Origin: Kiritimatiellia bacterium
Lineage (GTDB): Bacteria > Verrucomicrobiota > Kiritimatiellia > CAIQIC01 > JAGNIJ01
Assembly (NCBI GenBank): GCA_018001225.1
Contig: JAGNIJ010000017.1
Span: forward strand, 10,688-74,687
Reading direction: 5' to 3'
DNA: 64,000 nucleotides
This document shows positions 16,937 to 22,551 of the stretch, one piece after another (position 1 is the stretch's first letter; each line of letters begins with the position of its first letter). Position numbers and translations under genes: made by a program. The notes below the pieces were generated by a model. That model made no database searches. It had not been told where the DNA came from and saw only the letters and a program-made list of their open reading frames with translations.

Positions 16937-18964
16937 ATGTCGCTAGGCCTTACAGCGCGCGGGCGGCGGATCGCGGCGGCCCTGGCTGCGGCGGGCTGCC
17001 TCTGGCCGCGGGTCGGCGAAGCGCAGGTGGTGGACACCGCCAAGAGCGACTTCAACATGCAGGTCAGGGCCCGCGGCCTCAAGAACCCGGAGGGCGTGGC
17101 CCTGCATCCCTCGAGCCGCGACATCTACGTGGCCGAGCGGGGCGCCAACCGCGTCGTCGTCCTGCGCAACAACACCCCGGCCCCGGCCATCGAGTCCGGC
17201 TGGACGGTGGAGACCAATTATCCCAAGTGGGTCATCAGCAAGAACCGCCCGCGGGAGGCGGTCGAGCGGGGGCAGTTGCAAAGCCCCGGGGCCCTCTCGT
17301 TTTCCACCAACGGCCACCTGTTCGTGGTCGAACAGGTGCCGTGGGGCCGGGTCCTCGAGTTCATTCCCGACGACGCGGGCCAATACAAGAAGGCCCAGGT
17401 CGTCGGCGTGCCGTGGCTGGAGAAGCCGTACGTGTGGGAGGATCTCAAGGCCGCGGACGACGGGCGCCTGTTCGTGGCGGGAAACGACAGCGCGGCGCGC
17501 GGCGGGCTGACCTTCGGCGTGGTGCTGGTCCGGGATCTCGAGGGCGACTGGTGGGTGGTGGATTACGGGCCGTTCATGAATTTCAGCGGCGTGAGCCTCT
17601 CCCGGAAGCAGGACGTGGTCGTCATCGGCGAGCGGCCCGAGGGCGGCATCGTGTGGTGGGACGCCGTCCGGCACCTGCCCATCGGCACCGCGGGCAACCT
17701 GACCCCGCAGTCCGAGATCGAGGCCGTGGGACTGCTCGGCAACGGGGCCATCGTGCTCGCGCAGCGCGCCAGCACGAAGGGCAAGGACGCCCGGCTGCTC
17801 TCCCTCGACCCGACCAGCGGCGCCCTGAAGCAGCTGGTCGAAGGGCTCGATTCCCTCGGCGCGATCTGCCTCGTGCCGGAGACCGGGAACCTGCTCGTGA
17901 CCGATCCCCAGGCCGGCCTCCTGGCCGAGTGCTCGCCTAAGACGCCCCTCCCGCCGGGCGAGTACCTGATCCAGCGCAGCCTCGAGGGCTACGAAATGGC
18001 GACGGGCTTCACGCCCCGGTCGTCGCCGCAGTTCCTCCGCAGCTTCTTCAGCCAGGCCGGCGTCGGCCTGGACCAGCAGACCACCAAGGGTTCGGCCGGC
18101 GGGGAGGACGAGGGCGAGGCCGGCGGCGGCATGGCCGTCTCGGTGTCCCTGCGCGACTTCGCGAGCAAGCTCCCGCTGGTCGCCGGCAAGGTGAAGGTGA
18201 TGCAGGCCGAGAACCTGGAGGGCGAGGACAAGGACCCGGTCACGGAGGTCAACTTCGTGCTGCTCTTCCCCGGCCGCATGGTGCTCGGCGGGGAATACGC
18301 GACGCCCAGCATGAGCTACTTCGCCGCCACGCGCAAGAGCGGCAAGGTCGAGCAGACCCGCGAACTGCTCTCGGGCATGGCGATGGACCAGCGGGTGCAG
18401 GGCGAGGGCTGGACGCGCCTCGGGAAGGGCGGGGCCATCAGCGTGCCGCTGGTCACGTGCAGCATGCAGAAGCGCGACGACGGCATGGAACTGAACCTCG
18501 TGTTCCTCGGCATGGGCCTCTACGACGATTACTACCTTTCGATGATGAGCGGCGTGGACGAGGAGGTCGGCACCCTGGTGGTGAACGGGATCAAGGGCGA
18601 CCGGCGGGTCTACAAGACCTCCTTCCGCGAGGTCGTCAACGACGGGTCGGAGGTCAAGAACCTGGTTGTCGCGGGGTTCGATCCGAAGGAGAAGATCGGC
18701 GTGGGGTGGCTGAACATCGGCCGGTGGCCGGTGGGGTCCTATGTCGGCCTGGGCGAGATGCAGTCCGGGGCGTTCCAGGGGGTCAGCGAGGACTTGGCGC
18801 GGCTGATAGAGCGCAAGCAGATGGAGTGGCGCGCGACGGAAGTCGGCGCCGCGACGGAAGGCGGCGAGGTTCCGGCCGGCGAACCCGGGGCGGAGCCGGT
18901 CCCCGCGCCGGTCGGGGGCGGGGAAGCCGGTGCGCCGGTCCCGGCGCCCGCGGCGACGCCGTGA
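16937..18964 (+). CDS. Secreted beta-propeller protein, paralog 3 of 3, embedded in the stator operon
   Basis: Starts 10 nt after the stator gene stop. Signal peptide RRIAAALAAAGCLWP. Blade motifs LKNPEGVALHPSSRDIYVAERGANRVVVL. C-terminal motifs EVNFVLLFPGRMVLGGEYATPSMSYFAATRKSGKV and VFLGMGLYDDYY match paralogs 1 and 2. Confidence 0.7.
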   Translation: MSLGLTARGRRIAAALAAAGCLWPRVGEAQVVDTAKSDFNMQVRARGLKNPEGVALHPSSRDIYVAERGANRVVVLRNNTPAPAIESGWTVETNYPKWVISKNRPREAVERGQLQSPGALSFSTNGHLFVVEQVPWGRVLEFIPDDAGQYKKAQVVGVPWLEKPYVWEDLKAADDGRLFVAGNDSAARGGLTFGVVLVRDLEGDWWVVDYGPFMNFSGVSLSRKQDVVVIGERPEGGIVWWDAVRHLPIGTAGNLTPQSEIEAVGLLGNGAIVLAQRASTKGKDARLLSLDPTSGALKQLVEGLDSLGAICLVPETGNLLVTDPQAGLLAECSPKTPLPPGEYLIQRSLEGYEMATGFTPRSSPQFLRSFFSQAGVGLDQQTTKGSAGGEDEGEAGGGMAVSVSLRDFASKLPLVAGKVKVMQAENLEGEDKDPVTEVNFVLLFPGRMVLGGEYATPSMSYFAATRKSGKVEQTRELLSGMAMDQRVQGEGWTRLGKGGAISVPLVTCSMQKRDDGMELNLVFLGMGLYDDYYLSMMSGVDEEVGTLVVNGIKGDRRVYKTSFREVVNDGSEVKNLVVAGFDPKEKIGVGWLNIGRWPVGSYVGLGEMQSGAFQGVSEDLARLIERKQMEWRATEVGAATEGGEVPAGEPGAEPVPAPVGGGEAGAPVPAPAATP

Positions 18965-18994
18965 CGACGCAGAGAAACCAAGGGAGCATGGGAA

Positions 18995-19681
18995 ATGGGT
19001 AGGAGATCCAGAGGCGCGGCCATGGACTTCTCGTCGTTCATGTGCGTGATTCTCATGCTCATCGGCGTGCTCATGATCCTGCTCATCAGCAACGTGCTCA
19101 CGATCATCAGCAACCCCGAAAACGTGCAGATCAGCGCCGTGATCAAGGGCGCGCTCTACGCCGAGAAAACCGAGGCGGATGAGGACCAGGGCCTGATGCT
19201 GGTGCCGAAGTTCGGCAACAAGTTCAAGGACCCCGTGTACGTGGACGTCTACGGCGACCAGATCGTCATCTATCCCGAGGGGAAGATCGTCCCGGTCGTC
19301 GACCTGGAGCGCTCCGGGAACGCCTTCGAACGCATGCTGAACACCGTGGCCGCGAAAAAGGACGAGCGCTACATCGTGCTGCTCGCCCGGCCCCGTTCGG
19401 CGCGCGTCCTGCGCCGGCTGCGCACCGCCATCCACGACCGCGAGGTCGACCTGGGATTCGAGCTGTACGAGGAGGGCCGCACCGTCGAGGTGGCGGCCGG
19501 CCAGGCGGCGTCGGGCGAGGCGGAAGGGGAAACCCCGCCGGAAGGCGAACCGGGCGGGGAACCCGTCGCACCCTCCGCGGAAGGCGCGGAACCGGGCGCG
19601 GCGCCGGAGGAGGGCGGAACGCCGCCGGCCGAACCGCCGGCCGAACCGGCGGCCGCCGCGCCCGTGGCACCCCAGGAGTAA
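18995..19681 (+). CDS. ExbD/TolR-family protein with a Pro/Glu/Ala-rich C-terminal extension
   Basis: AGGGAG RBS at 18981-18986. N-terminal TM FMCVILMLIGVLMILLI. The ExbD-like periplasmic fold pattern is DPVYVDVYGDQIVIYPEGKIVPVVDLE...YIVLLARPRSARVLRRL...DREVDLGFELYEE. A 55-aa tail ETPPEGEPGGEPVAPSAEGAEPGAAPEEGGTPPAEPPAEPAAAAPVAP follows. Confidence 0.65.
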   Translation: MGRRSRGAAMDFSSFMCVILMLIGVLMILLISNVLTIISNPENVQISAVIKGALYAEKTEADEDQGLMLVPKFGNKFKDPVYVDVYGDQIVIYPEGKIVPVVDLERSGNAFERMLNTVAAKKDERYIVLLARPRSARVLRRLRTAIHDREVDLGFELYEEGRTVEVAAGQAASGEAEGETPPEGEPGGEPVAPSAEGAEPGAAPEEGGTPPAEPPAEPAAAAPVAPQE

Positions 19682-19687
19682 CCGGCC

Positions 19688-20320
19688 ATGGCGAAAAAAG
19701 AACGAGGCAACTCCGTCAACCTGGACTCGTTCCTGGATATCATGACGTGCATGCTGGGCATCATCATCCTGATGATTCTCCTGACCGGCATCGACGCCTC
19801 GCAGATCAAGGTCCTCGTCCCCACGCCCATGGAGCAGCCCACGGACAAGCGGCCGATCTTCATCGAGTGCCGGAACAACGAGCTCTTTCTCGTGCCGATC
19901 GAGGACATCACGCGCATGGTCTACGACGAGATGGGCGCGCTGGCCGAGAAGGCGAAGGGCGACCAGTCGGCGTTCGCCCAGTTGCTCGAGACGGCGACGG
20001 TCAAGACCGAGGCGCACCAGGTGGACCTGGCCTTCGCCCTGATGAGCCAGTTCGCGCTCACGTCGCTGCCCGGGGTCAGCGGGTACAGGCTGGAATCCGT
20101 CTCCCGCGAGACCGCGCAGGACTGGTTCGGCAAGATCCTGAACGAGGTGCACAAGGACGAGGAGATGATCACCTTCCTCGTGCGCGACGACAGCTACGTC
20201 GTCTTCAAGAAGGCCCGCGCCCTCGCCTGGCTGGCCAATGTCCAGGTCTCGTGCGAACTGCTCGACGTCAACGAGCCCATCAAGTTCGGCCTCGGCGGCA
20301 CCCGCTCCATGGCGCAGTAG
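19688..20320 (+). CDS. Second ExbD/TolR-family protein
   Basis: CAGGAGT RBS. ExbD-type N-terminus VNLDSFLDIMTCMLGIIILMILL (cytoplasmic stretch then TM). A diverged periplasmic domain ITFLVRDDSYVVFKKARALAWLANVQVSCELL follows. Confidence 0.6.
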   Translation: MAKKERGNSVNLDSFLDIMTCMLGIIILMILLTGIDASQIKVLVPTPMEQPTDKRPIFIECRNNELFLVPIEDITRMVYDEMGALAEKAKGDQSAFAQLLETATVKTEAHQVDLAFALMSQFALTSLPGVSGYRLESVSRETAQDWFGKILNEVHKDEEMITFLVRDDSYVVFKKARALAWLANVQVSCELLDVNEPIKFGLGGTRSMAQ

Positions 20321-20333
20321 GGGTGGGCAAGGC

Positions 20334-20645
20334 ATGTCAGACCAGGGTTGGAATGAACTGGTGAGCCGGATCGTGGGAGCGGTACACCCCTTGCAGATCA
20401 TTCTTTTCGGATCCTCCGCTCGGGAAGGCGGGGGCGTCAGGGGCGACGTGGATGTACTCGTGGTCATGCCCGATGGTACGCCACGGCGCGCGACAGCGCA
20501 GAAACTCCACCTGGAAATGTTCGGACTGCCCTTCGCCGTGGATATCCTCGTCGCGACACCGTCCGATCTGCAGAGGCATCGTACGAATATCGGGTTGATC
20601 TACAAAACCATCCTGGAAGAGGGGAAACAACTCTATGCCGCCTGA
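20334..20645 (+). CDS. Minimal nucleotidyltransferase (MNT/MntA-type antitoxin)
   Basis: The GSSAREGGGVRGDVDVLVV motif (G-S-x9-13-D-x-D) of the Pol-beta superfamily. 103 aa. Its stop overlaps the downstream HEPN start. Confidence 0.75.
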   Translation: MSDQGWNELVSRIVGAVHPLQIILFGSSAREGGGVRGDVDVLVVMPDGTPRRATAQKLHLEMFGLPFAVDILVATPSDLQRHRTNIGLIYKTILEEGKQLYAA

Positions 20646-20820
20646 TGTCCCCGTTCCGGGTTCCGCGGCAGACTGGCTTCGGCATGCGAAAGCGGACCTG
20701 GCCTTGGCCCGCGTTCCGCTTCCGGAGGAAGGGCTGTATCTTTCCCTGTGTTTTCATGCTCATCAAGCGGCTAAAAAGGCGATCAAGGCCGTACTGAATT
20801 TCTTCCCGAACACTGCCTGA
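20635..20820 (+). pseudogene. HEPN-domain toxin gene (COG2250-type), 3'-truncated
   Basis: Its ATG overlaps the MNT stop by 11 nt. The N-terminal helix-1/2 pattern is AADWLRHAKADLALARV...LSLCFHAHQAAKKAIKAVL. The ORF stops after 61 aa and the downstream R-x4-6-H catalytic motif is absent. A palindromic element begins about 38 nt later. Confidence 0.55.
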
Positions 20821-20857
20821 AACTTCAATGCCGGCTTGGTGATTATGAGGGGTGAGT

Positions 20858-20930
20858 GTCATCCCGAACGAAGTGAGGGATCTCCGACTTGTTGGGCAGC
20901 GCAGAGATCCCTCGCTGCGCTCGGGATGAC
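20858..20930. repeat. Imperfect palindromic MITE/REP-like element
   Basis: GTCATCCCGAACGAAGTGAGGGATCTC, 19 nt, GAGATCCCTCGCTGCGCTCGGGATGAC: 27-nt inverted arms at about 85% identity. Both-strand translations give the CHPERSEGS-type peptides that often appear as spurious hypothetical ORFs. Confidence 0.5.
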
Positions 20931-21071
20931 ATGCTCCACTTTCTATGTCCGGCAAGCACCGCACGGGCCTTGCGCAGTCATCAAAGTTTCATCCGTGAGC
21001 GTTCCGGCCGCCGCCGGAGGCTTTGCTGATCTGAGACACCATCCGTGAAAAGTGCGTGTCACATATTTGTT

Positions 21072-21169
21072 TTCAACGTCCAACGCCCAACGTCCAACAC
21101 CCAACTTCCAAGGCGTGGAACGGCTTCCATTGGACGTTGGAAGTTGGATGTTGGTTGTTGGACGTTGAG
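21072..21169. repeat. Long hairpin element made of inverted arrays of heptamers: (CCAACNN)5, 18-nt spacer, (NNGTTGG)5
   Basis: Left arm TTCAACGTCCAACGCCCAACGTCCAACACCCAACTTCCAA, right arm TTGGACGTTGGAAGTTGGATGTTGGTTGTTGGACGTTGAG. A related copy occurs at 36569-36638. Confidence 0.55.
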
Positions 21170-21212
21170 GTCTCATTGCTGTTTCCATCCGGCCCCTGGG
21201 GCCGGCGGCCCA

Positions 21213-21247
21213 ACCGAACACTGAACACTGAACACTGAACACTGAAC
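21213..21247 (+). repeat. Tandem heptanucleotide repeat (CYGAACA)x5
   Basis: CCGAACA CTGAACA CTGAACA CTGAACA CTGAACA read directly. It lies in the 5' leader/coding start of the YkgJ-like gene. Confidence 0.6.
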
Positions 21248-21582
21248 ACCCCCAATCCTTCTCCTGCCTCCACTGCGGCGCCTGTTGCCGCTGGCCGGGG
21301 CACGTGCTGCTGACGGACGCGGATGTGGCGCAACTGGCGTCCCATCTGGGCATTCCCGAGCGGGATTTCATCGACCGGCACACCGTGCTGGCCTCCAACC
21401 GGGGCCAGTTGAGCCTGGCCGAGACGCCGGAGGGCGCCTGCGTGTTCCTGGAAAACGACGCCTGCCGGGTGTACGTTTCCCGCCCGGCGCAGTGCCGGGA
21501 ATTCCCGGCCGGCTGGTCCGTTCCGGGGTGCCCGGCGGTCGGGGGCCGGGCCGCCGGAGCCCTGGCGCGGCGCCCGGTGTAA
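21232..21582 (+). pseudogene. YkgJ-family (CxxCxxCC zinc/iron-chelating domain) gene lacking an in-frame canonical start in its present repeat configuration
   Basis: The in-frame peptide TLNTEHPQSFSCLHCGACCRWPGHVLLTDADVAQLASHLGIPERDF...CREF carries the CxxCxxCC hallmark upstream of the first possible start (GTG 21304). The frame opens immediately after a TGA inside the heptamer tract. Confidence 0.45.
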
Positions 21583-21732
21583 CATCTTTTCAACTTCTCA
21601 CTTTCACACATTTCGTCCCCGACACATTCCCTCTTAAATTGTTTGTCAGGGCGGGTCGTATTGGGTAATCTCATCATTTAAGAAGCGGGGAAAACGCGGC
21701 CGAACGGTACAGGCCGCCAACAGTCTGATGAG

Positions 21733-22500
21733 ATGGGCTTCGTAAGACACAGCAATCTCAAGGTGTGTTTTCTTGCGGTCCTGGCCGGGCTGCTGGTCGG
21801 AGGGCCCTCCATCGCGGCCGACGATCCCGCCGCGTTGCGGGCCGAACTCGATGCCGTGCGCCGCGAACTGGCCGGGCTGCAGGCCTCCGATCCCCTGGGC
21901 GGCTCCGGCCGCTGGTCGCAGCGGGACCGCGCGGAATACGACGTCCCCGAGGTTGCCGAGCTCCGGGGGCAGGCCAAGGCCCTCGAAAAAAGCCTCGTGG
22001 AAAAACGCGCCGCCCTGCGCGACCGCTTCGCCCTGCTGTTCCCCGAACTCCGCGACCTGTTCCGCGCCCGCGACGCGGCCTACGCGAAGCTCGCGGAGGG
22101 CGGCCGGATGGCCGCCCTGGTGGACAACGAGATTCGCCTGGCCGAGCGCGCGGACCCGCCCGACGCCGCGAAGTTGGAAGGCCTGCGCGCCGATCGCGAG
22201 CGCATGCGGTCGGAACTGGAGACCGCCCGGATAGCGGCGGAAAAGTCCCAGGCGGAATTCCTCGCGCTCCAGAAGGAGCGGGCGGCCGGCGACCCCGAAT
22301 GCGCCGCGCTGCAGGCGGAGATCGCGGACCTCGAGACCCGTTTCGCGCAGGCCCGGCAGCGGATGAACGAGAAGCTGGACGAACTCCCCGCGTCGCAGGC
22401 CGCCGAGGCGGAGCGGAGGGCGCAGTCGGCGCGGGTGGTGGAACTCAAGCAGCGCGAGCAGGCGCTGGTTGGGCAGTTGTCGCTTTTGGAAACGCAGTAA
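21733..22500 (+). CDS. Secreted coiled-coil protein (hypothetical)
   Basis: Signal peptide LKVCFLAVLAGLLVGGPSIAADD. The rest is heptad-like Ala/Glu/Arg/Leu-rich sequence. It ends 52 nt before the giant surface-protein gene. Confidence 0.5.
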   Translation: MGFVRHSNLKVCFLAVLAGLLVGGPSIAADDPAALRAELDAVRRELAGLQASDPLGGSGRWSQRDRAEYDVPEVAELRGQAKALEKSLVEKRAALRDRFALLFPELRDLFRARDAAYAKLAEGGRMAALVDNEIRLAERADPPDAAKLEGLRADRERMRSELETARIAAEKSQAEFLALQKERAAGDPECAALQAEIADLETRFAQARQRMNEKLDELPASQAAEAERRAQSARVVELKQREQALVGQLSLLETQ

Positions 22501-22551
22501 ACACGGCGTGAACAATGGATCGCCCGGGGGCTCGGCGCCCGGGCGCCGGAG

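Noticed and set aside
15418-20320. Zorya (ZorAB) anti-phage system
   Set aside because: ZorA-like tail aside, the partner proteins are ExbD/TolR-type with no OmpA/peptidoglycan-binding domain, and no ZorC/D/E-like genes are present. The tail is also much shorter than ZorA tails. The resemblance is noted in the findings but not called.
16943-20467. 1174-aa minus-strand ORF antisense to paralog 3 and both ExbD genes
   Set aside because: The same antisense artefact. The plus-strand genes have RBSs, TM/signal features and family motifs.
21213-21247. The heptamer tandem tract considered as a CRISPR-like array
   Set aside because: The units are 7 nt with no spacers, and there are no cas genes. 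It is a microsatellite-type tract, not CRISPR.
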